A stretch of 64,000 nt of DNA from an uncultured delta proteobacterium (GTDB taxonomy: Bacteria > Desulfobacterota > RBG-13-43-22). The stretch spans positions 64,001 to 128,000 of the forward strand of contig CAVQFQ010000005.1 of assembly GCA_963711835.1 (NCBI GenBank). The letters run 5' to 3'. The notes beneath the pieces were generated by a model. It saw only the letters and a list, made by a program, of their open reading frames with translations, was not told the origin of the DNA and searched no databases. Below are positions 42,148-52,285 of the stretch, in pieces; within the stretch, counting starts at the first letter, position 1; each line of letters begins with the position of its first letter. The translations under genes were made by a program, and so were the position numbers.

Positions 42148-42621
42148 ATGAAACATCTTTCAATCCTTTTTATGGTTTTTTTCCTGGGCCCCTTTTGGAA
42201 CCCAGCCTCCGCCACGAACGTGAACCCTCCGGCGGCCGGCCCGCAAAAACCGGAGACGGCAGTGGAAGAACCCAAATTCAAATCCGGAACGATTCAGAAA
42301 AAAGATAATGCCGAATCTCCCAAGGAAGAAATCAAAGAAGGCGGAAAGGCCGTCGGCCAGGGGGTAAAAGGGATCGGAAAAGGAATCGGTAAAGGGGTTA
42401 CGAATACCGGGAAAGGCGTTAAAAAAGCCTGGACCGGTGAGGAACAGAAAAAATCCGATTCCTCCCCCAAAGAAGATATCAAGGAAGGGGGAAAATCGGT
42501 CGGTCACGGTGTGAAGGATATTGGAAAGGGCATCGGCCAGGGTTTTAAAAATATGGGTAAGGGTGTCAAAAAAGCCTGGACCGGCGATAAAAAAGAAGGG
42601 TCTCCCCCGAAAAAGGAATGA
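42148..42621 (+). CDS. Secreted Gly/Lys-rich protein with two 49-aa repeats
   Basis: AGGAG RBS, signal peptide, duplicated SPKE.IKEGGK.VG.GVK.IGKGIG.G..N.GKGVKKAWTG. Confidence 0.7.
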   Translation: MKHLSILFMVFFLGPFWNPASATNVNPPAAGPQKPETAVEEPKFKSGTIQKKDNAESPKEEIKEGGKAVGQGVKGIGKGIGKGVTNTGKGVKKAWTGEEQKKSDSSPKEDIKEGGKSVGHGVKDIGKGIGQGFKNMGKGVKKAWTGDKKEGSPPKKE

Positions 42622-42795
42622 GGTCTGCCGTGTCCCGACTGCGTCAACTTTTTATGCTTCTGCTGGTATTGCTGCTGGCTTATCTTATCGGCCGGGGTTG
42701 CAGTACGCAACCCTGACCGACTGCTATCCGGGCGGCCAGGGACTGGCCCCCAGGTCAACTGCTGGAACCGGCATCCCAGACAAGGGAAAGAATAA

Positions 42796-43890
42796 ATGAG
42801 CTCGCCTTATCTTAGGAAAAAAGGGGACCAGGTAAGTCCCTTTTCCAATTACTTCTTCCTGGCTTTTCTGGCCGGGGTCCTTTATGTTTTTTATCTGGTG
42901 ATTCGTCCCTTCCTTAAAGATATTTTTATTGCCATTATGATCGCCATGGTTTTTTACCCGGTTTACCATGTGCTGCAAAAATGGCTTTGGGGAAGGCGGA
43001 TTCCGGCCGCCCTGGCGACCGTCTTGCTCATCGTCGTTGTTTTTCTGGTCCCCTTTACCCTTATCTCGGGCATTGTCGCCGGTCAGTCCCTGGATCTCTA
43101 TAAAACCATCTCAGAAGGTCTTCAGGACGGCAGCCTGAAAAAGACCTTGAATGTAAAAATGATTTACTTTTCCAACCTTCTGGAAAATTGGAATATTGAT
43201 GCCGGCAGTCTCCAACTGGATGAAAAACTGTGGACCGGCCTGAAAAACCTGACGGAATTTATATATATCCAGATGACCTCTCTGGCCAAGGGGGTTCTGG
43301 GGATTCTTTTCGATTTCATCATTATCTTGTTTATCAGCTTCTTCCTCTTAATCGACGGGGAAAAATTTCTCCGGGAAATAAAGATCGTCAGCCCGCTTGA
43401 AAAACACCATCACGAGCGGATCTTAGATCAGGCCGGACGGACCATCAAGGCCACCTTAAAAGGCTCCATTATTGTCGCCTTTGTCCAGGGCCTCCTGGGA
43501 GGCATCGGTTTCTGGATCTTCCAAATCCCATCGGCCGCTTTTTGGGGGTCCCTGATGGTCTTCAGTTCGGTCATCCCCCTGGTGGGCACCAGCATTATCT
43601 GGGTCCCGGCGGTTCTTTACCTGGCCTTCACCTCTTCATTCTGGATGGCTCTGGGGATGGCCTTATGGGGGATGTTGATCGTAGCCGGGGCCGATAATGT
43701 CTTGCGCCCTCTTTTGTTGCGCGGGGAGGCCAATCTTCATCCGTTGTTTACTTTTTTAAGTATCCTGGGCGGGCTCAGCTATTTTGGATTTCTGGGTTTT
43801 ATTTTAGGCCCGGTGGTTCTTTCTTTTCTGATGACCCTCTTTGAGATCTATAAACGGGATTTTTTGTCCGAATCGGTCAAGCCTGATTAA
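42796..43890 (+). CDS. AI-2E family transporter
   Basis: Multi-TM, FFLLIDG, IPLVGT, DNVLRP, GFILGP. Confidence 0.9.
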   Translation: MSSPYLRKKGDQVSPFSNYFFLAFLAGVLYVFYLVIRPFLKDIFIAIMIAMVFYPVYHVLQKWLWGRRIPAALATVLLIVVVFLVPFTLISGIVAGQSLDLYKTISEGLQDGSLKKTLNVKMIYFSNLLENWNIDAGSLQLDEKLWTGLKNLTEFIYIQMTSLAKGVLGILFDFIIILFISFFLLIDGEKFLREIKIVSPLEKHHHERILDQAGRTIKATLKGSIIVAFVQGLLGGIGFWIFQIPSAAFWGSLMVFSSVIPLVGTSIIWVPAVLYLAFTSSFWMALGMALWGMLIVAGADNVLRPLLLRGEANLHPLFTFLSILGGLSYFGFLGFILGPVVLSFLMTLFEIYKRDFLSESVKPD

Positions 43891-43916
43891 CAGGATGCGG
43901 GAAAACTCATTTTTTA

Positions 43917-44106
43917 CAGGTTGCTCAAAAAGGTCCAGATACAAGGCGCCCGAAACTGGGTCCCGCCCCGAAGGGGTGGGAGTGAGCGTTGCCGTGGACG
44001 CGAACAAATTCATTGGAATGAGGCGTACATAGAGGTACGTCGCAATGACGAGGGATGAGGGCAATCACGCGAAGCGCGTGATAGATGGGCCTTTTTCAGC
44101 AACCTG
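43917..44106. mobile_element. MITE (190 bp)
   Basis: TIRs CAGGTTGCTCAAAAAGGTCC / GGGCCTTTTTCAGCAACCTG, TA-rich flanks, no ORF. Confidence 0.8.
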
Positions 44107-44132
44107 TTAATTTATTGAAGGGAGCAAGACCT

Positions 44133-44969
44133 ATGGAAAGAAAAATACCGATAGGCTTTATCGGGGGAGGCCACATGGCCGAAGCCCTGATTCAGGGACT
44201 TTTAACCAGCAGAACGATTGCACCGGGCGAATGCTGGGTATGCGACATACTCGAAGAACGTCTCATTCATCTCAAGAAAAAATTTGGCATTAAAGCCATA
44301 AAGGAAGCCTCGCAGCTCCTGGTTTCCTCCAAGGCCATTATCCTGGCCGTGAAACCCCAGAACGTGGCCAAGGCCCTCCAGGCCCTGGCCCCCCACTGGT
44401 CACAGGATAGACTGCTCATTTCCATTGCGGCCGGGATCCCCATGAGTTACCTGGCCCAATTTTTTATGAAAACCCCGCGCCTTATCCGGGTCATGCCCAA
44501 TACCCCGGCCCTGGTTTTGGCCGGTATGAGCGCCCTGGCTAAGAATTCTGCGGCCAAGGAGGAGGATCTGGAGTTGGCGGAAAGGCTGTTCAAGGCCGTG
44601 GGAGAGACAGTGCGTGTGGATGAAGGCCAGATGGATGCTGTTACCGGCCTTTCGGGAAGCGGGCCGGCCTACGTCTTTACCTTTCTGGAGGGACTGGCCG
44701 ATGCCGGCGTCAAAATGGGCCTGCCCAGGGCCCTGGCCCTGAAACTGGCCCTTCAAACCGTCTGGGGCTCGGCGCAGATGGCCCGCTCCCTGGATATCAG
44801 GCTGGGTCAGTTGAAGGAAATGGTGACTTCCCCGGGAGGGACCACCATTGCCGGTCTCCATACCCTGGAAAAGGCAGGTTTCCGAGGCATTCTGATGGAT
44901 GCCGTGGAAGCTGCCACCCAGCGTTCCAGGGAATTACGGGAGCTGCTTGTTAAAGAAACCCGGTCCTGA
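44133..44969 (+). CDS. proC: Pyrroline-5-carboxylate reductase
   Basis: GFIGGGHMA, AVKPQ, RVMPNTP, SGSGPAY, VTSPGGTT. Confidence 0.96.
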   Translation: MERKIPIGFIGGGHMAEALIQGLLTSRTIAPGECWVCDILEERLIHLKKKFGIKAIKEASQLLVSSKAIILAVKPQNVAKALQALAPHWSQDRLLISIAAGIPMSYLAQFFMKTPRLIRVMPNTPALVLAGMSALAKNSAAKEEDLELAERLFKAVGETVRVDEGQMDAVTGLSGSGPAYVFTFLEGLADAGVKMGLPRALALKLALQTVWGSAQMARSLDIRLGQLKEMVTSPGGTTIAGLHTLEKAGFRGILMDAVEAATQRSRELRELLVKETRS

Positions 44970-45076
44970 AAAAAAGCGAAAAACACAAATGAATTAGATT
45001 GCTGTTTTCTCTGGCGAGTATCATCTTGCTTGTTTCTTTTAATACATATTTTTAACAGAGAGAACAGGAGGCGGAT

Positions 45077-47653
45077 TTGCTAAAAATCATATCCCGTTTT
45101 TTGGCCATTCTATTCGTCATCTTTTTTTAGTCAATAATGCCAACTCTCAATGTCTTTCTTACATTAGGGCCGATTTTCTTAATCCTGAAGGCGTCGAAAT
45201 AGGGAGTATAAGCCCCCTTTGGGTGGTTTACGGGAATAACGTAATTGTCCCGACCCAAACCGGTTTTACTAATTGGATCTTTCAGGCAGCCGCAGCCGAC
45301 ATTAACTATCCCCAAGTTTATCTTGCCTTTGGTTATGAAACCTCCCCGGACAAAACAATTCTATCTCCCCCTTTAATTAACACCTCTCCTCCGCATTTGT
45401 TCTATGCTGAAAAAGCAAATTCCTTACCCATCACTAATATTGGGTGGTTCTTAACGGTTTTTGCATCAATAAATTTAAATACTTCTGTTCAAAATCCTGG
45501 TCCTGTGTCTGATCAAAAAACCTTCAATAGTAATTTAAAATTCATAAAGTTTTCCTCAGTCCCCTTTGGGGTTGATAATGATGGATTGATCCTTAATAAT
45601 CCCCCGGTCGCCCATTTTACCTTTTCACCTCAGATAATTGTCCCTTTTGATAATATTACCTTTGACGGGTCGTATTCCTATGATACCGACGGAACAATCG
45701 TTAAATACATTTGGGATTTCGGAGACGGGACAGTTATTGAAGGAACCGGACCGACTATAACCCACCAATATACCCAAACTGGGGCTTATCCGGTTAAGCT
45801 GACCGTAGTTGATGATAAAGGGGCAGTCGGGATCTATGTTATCTCCTCTTCACTTGTGGATATCTCATTTCGTGATAAAGAAAGGCCCTATACAGATGTG
45901 GTCGGAGCTGTTGGAGACTGGGGCCGCTGAAGTAATAATTCAAATTAACAGAGTCCCTTCGGGTACCAATATCAACGATATACTAATAACCCTTGATCCA
46001 TCAGATGGTACCTTGGAAGGTTCTCCGACCCTTGCGGGTGGGGTTTATAAAAGGACATATAAAGCCCCTCTTAATTATGTTCGAAATGGCAATTCCGATG
46101 ATCTCACCCAAGGTCAGCGGGAAATCACCAGCCTCCAGGTTACGATCAATGGCAAGGAAATTCCTCATCCCACTTTTACTTTAAAAAAGCCGCCAGTTGT
46201 CCTTTTACATGGGATTTGGGACTACCCCTCAACTTGGAGAATACTTGAATCCAGATTAAGATCTAATTACGGATATGAAGATATCATAAATATAGGATAT
46301 TTCAATTCAGCCTCCTTTTCACAGATAAGCGCTGAAGTTCAAAAAAGAATTATAAATGCTATTGTACAGATCAATAAAAAGAACTTTGCCTGCAAAAAAG
46401 CTGATATTGTCGGACATAGCATGGGGGGATTGATCGCCAAATTGCTAAACAATGAAAAGAATATCAGGTCTATTGTTACGGTTGGGACTCCACATTACGG
46501 GAGTCCGCTTGCGGATTTTCTCTGGGGTTTGGTTGATGATGCTGAAAATGACGGAAATGAAAAACTCATCGCAGATATTCTTTCAAATATTGGCCATTCG
46601 GCTACAGATGGAGCGATAAAAGATTTAAGAGTTACCGGTGGGCAACATTGTTCCTATAATCCATGTTTAAATCAGGTTCCCCATCTCGCCCTTGCTGGGA
46701 TCTCAAATCCATTAGATCCTTTTTATTTTGCTTTTCGCCAAGCTTTGTTATTTATTGCCAAAATACGTGGATTTCTAAATTGGTCTGACGACTACTCGAA
46801 ATTAAATGAACTGCTTTTTGATGAACCCAATGACTGGATAGTTTCAATAACCAGCCAATACGGAGATTCTGGGAACAGGAAAGACGAGATGGTTGAGTGG
46901 CATATTAAAGAGCCCCAGAATAGTCTGATAATTTCCGACATTATTAATTTTTTGCACGGGAAACCGCTTTCGTCCGAAAATTTATTGAATAAGTTTAATA
47001 ATTCTTTTTATAAGTTTTCACATAGAGGAAAACCTTCTCTCCCATCAAAAAGAATATCTAATCCAGAAGATTTCCAAATCACCACTCCAATGGAAGGACA
47101 ATTGTTTTCCCCTGGCGATACGGTAACTGTCTCCTTTAGCATAAATTCATTAAATCCCAAGGTGTTAATTGGGGCCTCAACAGGGGAAACTGGATTATTA
47201 AATTCTGTTCCTTATACTTTTTCTTTTCAGGTCAAAAATGATGCCATTGGTCCTCTTGCAATAATTGCGGGGGCTGAAGATAATCAGGGGTTTATTGGGG
47301 AAGCAAAAGTCACCATAAATATTCAAACCACAGCCACTTTGAATGATTTAATTATTTATCCCAACTCAAATCCCTTATATCTCTTAAGCGACATGGAAAT
47401 TCCGTTAGAGGTTTTCGGGCTTTATAGTGATTCGATTGAACGCAATATAACTTCTCCCAACCTTGGGACCCAATATAATTCTTCGGATCCAAACATTGTT
47501 GAGATATCCCCTGAGGGGAAATTAAAAACCAAATCAATTGGAGAAGCCCTCATAACCGTTAGCAGTTCAGGAGTTGCCAAAGAGTTTCAAGTCATAGTAA
47601 TAAACGAGTTTTCTCCAAATAAATTATATTTGCCGCTTATTCTTAGGAATTGA
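45077..47653 (+). CDS. Large secreted protein: PKD domain, alpha/beta hydrolase (lipase-like), Ig-like domains (frameshifts near 45125 and 45919)
   Basis: AGGAGG RBS + TTG, signal peptide; WDFGDG; VLLHGIW, GHSMGG, GTPHYGS; AT-rich; ends KLYLPLILRN. Confidence 0.75.
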
Positions 47654-47711
47654 TATTTTGTTGGACATTAGGGGTACTAACTGGTTAAATTCGGGTTTTA
47701 CTATTTGATCA

Positions 47712-47752
47712 TTTGGATTTGTTTCGAATTTCGAAATTCGGATTTCGAGTTT
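47712..47752. repeat. Half copy of the 7-nt-periodic CGAAAT repeat
   Basis: GATTTGTTTCGAATTTCGAAATTCGGATTTCGAGTTT, close match to 10515..10551. Confidence 0.7.
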
Positions 47753-47759
47753 TGTTCAT

Positions 47760-50417
47760 TTAAGCCATCATCTCCCTGATCTTCCGGGCCTGATTCGATA
47801 GCTTTTCCATCTTCTTCCCCAAGACAGCTATCTTGTCTTTTTCTTTGGCCACAATCTCCGCAGGGGCCTTCCGTAAGAAATCTTCGTTGGCCAGTTTTTT
47901 CTCCGATTGAGAGGACTCCTTTTGAAGCTTGGCCAGCTCCTTTTCCAAACGCTCCAATTCCTCATCAAATTGAATAATACCTTTTAAGGGCAGGAAGACC
48001 TCGTGGGCCTCGAATACTCCGGCAACCGCATTGGCAGGATTTTGGGCATCCGGCAGGTAATGGATGGCCGACGCTTTGGCCAGGATTAAAATAGGCTCCC
48101 GGTGTTCCTCGATCAAGTCCCTGACCGCAGGTTCGGCAATTCGAAGAAAAATTTCGACTTCCTTGGAGGGCGGAATATTCATTTCTCCCCGCAGATTTCG
48201 GACCTCGGAAATCAATCCTTGAACGGTGGCCATTTCTTTTTCAGCCCCTGGATCTTGGGAAAAGGCGGCTGCCTCAGGAAAGGCTTCCAGCAGGATGCTT
48301 TCCCGGGTATGGGGCAGGGATCGATGAATCTTTTCAGTCACGAAGGGTATGAAAGGGTGGGCTAGCTTTAATATGGCCGACAGGGTGCGGTAGAGCGAGA
48401 CCTGGGTTTCCTCTTTCAGGGACCCGTCCTCCGAACTATACAGAATGGGCTTAATCAGCTCCAGATACCAGTCGCAGAATTCATGCCAGACGAAGTGATA
48501 CAGCTCGTGGGCGGCTTCATTAAAACGGTATTCCCGAAGGCCCTGTTCCACGGCCAGAATAACCCGACCCAGACGGCTCAGCATCCAGCGATTAAGACGG
48601 TTTTCAACTCGGCCGGGCTCCCGGCCGAGATCCGCCGCTCCTTCAAAATGGGACAGGCTGAACCGGGCGGCATTCCAGATCTTGTTGACAAAATGACGAT
48701 AGCCCTCGATCCGCTCCTCGGAGAGCTTGACATCCCGGCCCTGGGCGGCCAGCGCAGCCAGGGTGAAACGGAAGGCATCGGTGCCGTAGCGGTCCATAAC
48801 GATCAGGGGATCTATGACGTTGCCTTTGGACTTGCTCATTTTCTGTCCTTCGGCATCACGGACCAGGGCGTGGATATAGACCTGGCGAAAAGGCACCCTG
48901 CCCATAAAATGAAGGCCCATCATCATCATCCGGGCCACCCAGAAAAAGAGTATGTCAAAACCGGTCACCAGGACCGAGGTCGGATAATAGAAGCTTAAGG
49001 ATTCGGTTTCCTCCGGCCAGCCCAGGGTAGAAAAAGGCCAGAGGGCGGAACTGAACCAGGTGTCCAGGACATCGGTTTCCCGGCGCAGATCAGCCGAACC
49101 GCACTTGGGGCAGGAGGCCGGGGTATGGAGCGAAACGACCACCTCGGCGCAGGCCTCGCAATACCAGGCCGGGATCTGATGACCCCACCAGATCTGGCGG
49201 GAGATGCACCAATCCCGGATCTGGGTCATCCATTCGTAGTAGGTCTTTTCCCAGTTTTTGGGAAAAATTTCGGTTTCCCCGTCCTGGACCGCCTTCAGGG
49301 CTTTTTCAGCTAAAGGCCCTACTTTGACGAACCATTGTTTGGAGAGGAAGGGTTCGATCATGGTCTTACAGCGGTAACAATGTCCGATATTGAGTTGATA
49401 GGGCTCGGTCTTTTCCAGGAGTTCCTCACGGGTCAGGTCCTCGAGCACCTGCCGTCGGCAGGCCATCCGGTCCAAACCCTGATAAGGGCCGGCCTCCTGA
49501 TTCATGCGGGCCTCGGAATCCATGACCTTGACGATCGCCAGGCCGTGACGGCGGCCGATTTCAAAGTCGTTTACATCATGGGCCGGCGTTATCTTGAGTG
49601 CCCCGGTTCCGAAGGCGATATCCACATAGGAATCAAAAATAATCGGGATTTTTCGCCGGGTCAGGGGCAGGTGAACCTCCTGACCGGCCAGGTGCCGGTA
49701 GCGCGCATCTTCCGGGTTGACGGCCACCGCGGTGTCTCCCAGCATGGTTTCAGGACGGGTGGTGGCCACCAGGACATAACCCGAACCCTGAACCAGGGGA
49801 TAGCGGATAAAATAGAGCTTCCCATCATGGGTATCATGTTCGACTTCCAGATCGGAGAGGGCGGTATGACAGCGCGGGCACCAGTTAATGATATAGTCCC
49901 CCCGGTAAATCAATCCTTCCTGATAGAGCCGGACAAAGACTTCCCGGACGGCCCGGGATAAACCCTCGTCCATAGTGAACCGTTCCCGGCTCCAGTCACA
50001 GGAGGCCCCCAGCCGCTTAAGCTGGTTGATGATCATCCCGCCGTATTTGGAGCGCCATTCCCAGACCTTTTCTATAAATTTTTCACGGCCCAGTTGATGG
50101 CGGTCCAGACCTTCCTGGGCCAGCATCCTTTCCACTACGTTCTGAGTGGCGATTCCGGCATGGTCCGTTCCGGGAAGCCAAAGGGCATTATGCCCCTTCA
50201 TTTTGTGATAACGCCAAAGGATATCCTGGAGGGTGGTATTCAGGGCATGGCCCATGTGCAGGGTCCCGGTTACATTGGGGGGCGGAATGACCATAGCAAA
50301 AGGAATCCCTTTGGCGGCCGGTTGGGCTTGAAAGAGATTTTGTTCTTCCCAAAAACCCAGCAACTCCTCTTCCACCTGCCGGGGTTCGTATCCCTTGGGT
50401 AATGGTGTTTCTTTCAT
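47760..50417 (-). CDS. valS: Valyl-tRNA synthetase
   Basis: PPPNVTG.LHMGH, KMSKS, C-terminal coiled coil. Confidence 0.98.
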   Translation of the reverse strand: MKETPLPKGYEPRQVEEELLGFWEEQNLFQAQPAAKGIPFAMVIPPPNVTGTLHMGHALNTTLQDILWRYHKMKGHNALWLPGTDHAGIATQNVVERMLAQEGLDRHQLGREKFIEKVWEWRSKYGGMIINQLKRLGASCDWSRERFTMDEGLSRAVREVFVRLYQEGLIYRGDYIINWCPRCHTALSDLEVEHDTHDGKLYFIRYPLVQGSGYVLVATTRPETMLGDTAVAVNPEDARYRHLAGQEVHLPLTRRKIPIIFDSYVDIAFGTGALKITPAHDVNDFEIGRRHGLAIVKVMDSEARMNQEAGPYQGLDRMACRRQVLEDLTREELLEKTEPYQLNIGHCYRCKTMIEPFLSKQWFVKVGPLAEKALKAVQDGETEIFPKNWEKTYYEWMTQIRDWCISRQIWWGHQIPAWYCEACAEVVVSLHTPASCPKCGSADLRRETDVLDTWFSSALWPFSTLGWPEETESLSFYYPTSVLVTGFDILFFWVARMMMMGLHFMGRVPFRQVYIHALVRDAEGQKMSKSKGNVIDPLIVMDRYGTDAFRFTLAALAAQGRDVKLSEERIEGYRHFVNKIWNAARFSLSHFEGAADLGREPGRVENRLNRWMLSRLGRVILAVEQGLREYRFNEAAHELYHFVWHEFCDWYLELIKPILYSSEDGSLKEETQVSLYRTLSAILKLAHPFIPFVTEKIHRSLPHTRESILLEAFPEAAAFSQDPGAEKEMATVQGLISEVRNLRGEMNIPPSKEVEIFLRIAEPAVRDLIEEHREPILILAKASAIHYLPDAQNPANAVAGVFEAHEVFLPLKGIIQFDEELERLEKELAKLQKESSQSEKKLANEDFLRKAPAEIVAKEKDKIAVLGKKMEKLSNQARKIREMMA

Positions 50418-50487
50418 CGTTCTTACTCCGAAATAAACTGCGTCCAAGTCGTCTTAGGAACCGGGCCGTCGATCAGGATCATCCTAT

Positions 50488-50521
50488 AAAAAAAGGGGAT
50501 TAAACACCTTAACCCCCTTTT
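50488..50521 (-). terminator. Terminator-like hairpin upstream of valS
   Basis: Minus strand GGGGGTTAA-GGTGT-TTAATCCCC followed by T7. Confidence 0.5.
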
Positions 50522-50540
50522 AAACTTAATAGGCCGGGAA

Positions 50541-50825
50541 TTAATTTCCGGTTCCCTTAAGGGCCTCGATCTCCCGTTGGAGGGCCTTTTCAACTTCGTC
50601 TATCAGTATCTCTCTGATCTGCCCCTTGATTTCTTCCTGGGCGCTGGAACGGATGATCCGTTCCACTTCCTTTCTGACCCATACTTCCAATTTCTTTTCC
50701 ATCTCAGGGGTCAAGCCTAAGACATTGGGATACTCGGCCTGCGCCGAAGATTCCGTCGTTACAGGATTCTCCGGCTCGGCGACCACATCCACTAAATCAA
50801 TTATTTTTGCAGCTGTTTCTTCCAT
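50541..50825 (-). CDS. Small acidic protein, PopZ/RomR-C-terminus-like
   Basis: IIDLVDVV motif, Pro/Glu linker, helical C-terminus; GGAGG RBS; upstream of valS. Confidence 0.55.
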   Translation of the reverse strand: MEETAAKIIDLVDVVAEPENPVTTESSAQAEYPNVLGLTPEMEKKLEVWVRKEVERIIRSSAQEEIKGQIREILIDEVEKALQREIEALKGTGN

Positions 50826-50964
50826 GGAGGCCCTCCACCCGGGAACTCCCGGATCCGTCCGTCTTTTTAGATGACTTCAGGAGGATCATATAGTATGTTT
50901 CCCCTGACATGTCAATATCTATTGGATTCCAAAGCACTAAGCGGATTCCGGGCCACAACCTGCC

Positions 50965-51540
50965 ATGGACCTCCTGAGCCTCGACACCAGGTTGTTTTAT
51001 TGGATTAACCAGGGGCATCGCAACGCCCTCTTTGACTGGATCATGCCTTGGGTTACCGAATTTGACCACTGGAAATGGTTCCTATTATCGGCCTGGATTA
51101 TTCTTTTTTTCCTGGGAGACCGGAAGGTAAAAATCAGATTAGGCGTATTGGTTCTTCTAGTGGGGGTTCTGGACTATTCCAATAGTTTTTTCTTTAAACA
51201 CCTTTTCGCCCGCCCCCGGCCCTGTAATTTCCTGACCGGAGTTCATAGCTTCTGGCCCTGCCCCCGCTCCTTTTCCTTCCCCTCCAATCATGCCGCCAAT
51301 ATCTTTGGGGCGGCCTTTTTTCTCGGCTATCTCTACCGGCCTTGGTCCCCACCCTTGCTTTTTACAGCAGCCCTGGTAGGTTATTCCCGGGTTTATGTGG
51401 GGGAGCATTATCCTTTTGATGTCCTGGCCGGAGCCGTACTGGGGGCCATAGGGGCCGGTGCCGCACTGGTCGTTTATATCTGGATGGGGACTTTCCTTAA
51501 GAAAAACCGTAAGGGAAAAATTCTAAACAAAGAACCTTGA
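50965..51540 (+). CDS. PAP2-family membrane phosphatase
   Basis: K...RPRP, SFPSNH, SRVYVGEHYPFD. Confidence 0.92.
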   Translation: MDLLSLDTRLFYWINQGHRNALFDWIMPWVTEFDHWKWFLLSAWIILFFLGDRKVKIRLGVLVLLVGVLDYSNSFFFKHLFARPRPCNFLTGVHSFWPCPRSFSFPSNHAANIFGAAFFLGYLYRPWSPPLLFTAALVGYSRVYVGEHYPFDVLAGAVLGAIGAGAALVVYIWMGTFLKKNRKGKILNKEP

Positions 51541-51563
51541 AAATTTTGGTATCGTGATGAAAT

Positions 51564-51806
51564 GCTGTAGGGGTGCCCTATTTTTTAAGTTGTCCACCCC
51601 CAAGCCATGAATCCCGCCTGGCGGGACAGGCCTTCACCCGAGCGGGAAATGGGCTGGAGTAAATGCCCTGCTATAAAATAAACTTAGTTATTCGGGCCGG
51701 ATTAGGGGCTCTTGGTCACCCTTTGGACAACATAAAAAATAGGGCACCCCTACAGCTAATTTTGGTAAGTTAGAGATAAATTCCCAAACTAAAAGATGGT
51801 AGAATC
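51564..51806. repeat. Nested element copy C (frame +, core inverted)
   Basis: 33-bp arms GCTGTAGGGGTGCCCTATTTTTTAAGTTGTCCA / TGGACAACATAAAAAATAGGGCACCCCTACAGC, then frame motif AAGTTAGAGATAAATTCCCA. Confidence 0.88.
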
Positions 51807-52285
51807 TATTCCGGTGGGAGTTCCCCTGGGCTGATTTTTTTACCCACGTGGGTATCCTTTTCCAGATCAGGGCGCGGGGTTTCCTTTTTCTCCTCTTTTT
51901 TCAAGACATAACCCACATGGCGGATAAGGCCGTCAAAGTCTTCTTTTTGTTTTTTATAGACCTCTTTTACGGCCTCGTCAAAAGAAGCGGCTCTTTTCTC
52001 CAGGTCCTCCAATCTCTTCTTATATTTTAAGAACAAAAAGGCGGCCGCCCCCACCAGGGCCAAAAGGAGCAGGATAAGAAAAATAATAAAAAAAAGGCCG
52101 GCCGGAGTAATGCGGTAATAGGTCACCAGAGGTTGGGTCTGCCAATAGGGAGACCTCCCCGGCCATTGCATCTCCGGCAGGATTCCTCCCTGGGAAAAGA
52201 CCCGGCCCGCTGCCGCCGGGATCAGGGAAATCGCCAAGAAGATAAGGGCCGTCACAGGCACCGGGGTCTTTTTATTTTTTCCCAT
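51806..52285 (-). CDS. Hypothetical membrane protein with coiled-coil tail
   Basis: Signal-like segment, one TM, overlaps the end of the CoA ligase. Confidence 0.55.
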   Translation of the reverse strand: MGKNKKTPVPVTALIFLAISLIPAAAGRVFSQGGILPEMQWPGRSPYWQTQPLVTYYRITPAGLFFIIFLILLLLALVGAAAFLFLKYKKRLEDLEKRAASFDEAVKEVYKKQKEDFDGLIRHVGYVLKKEEKKETPRPDLEKDTHVGKKISPGELPPE

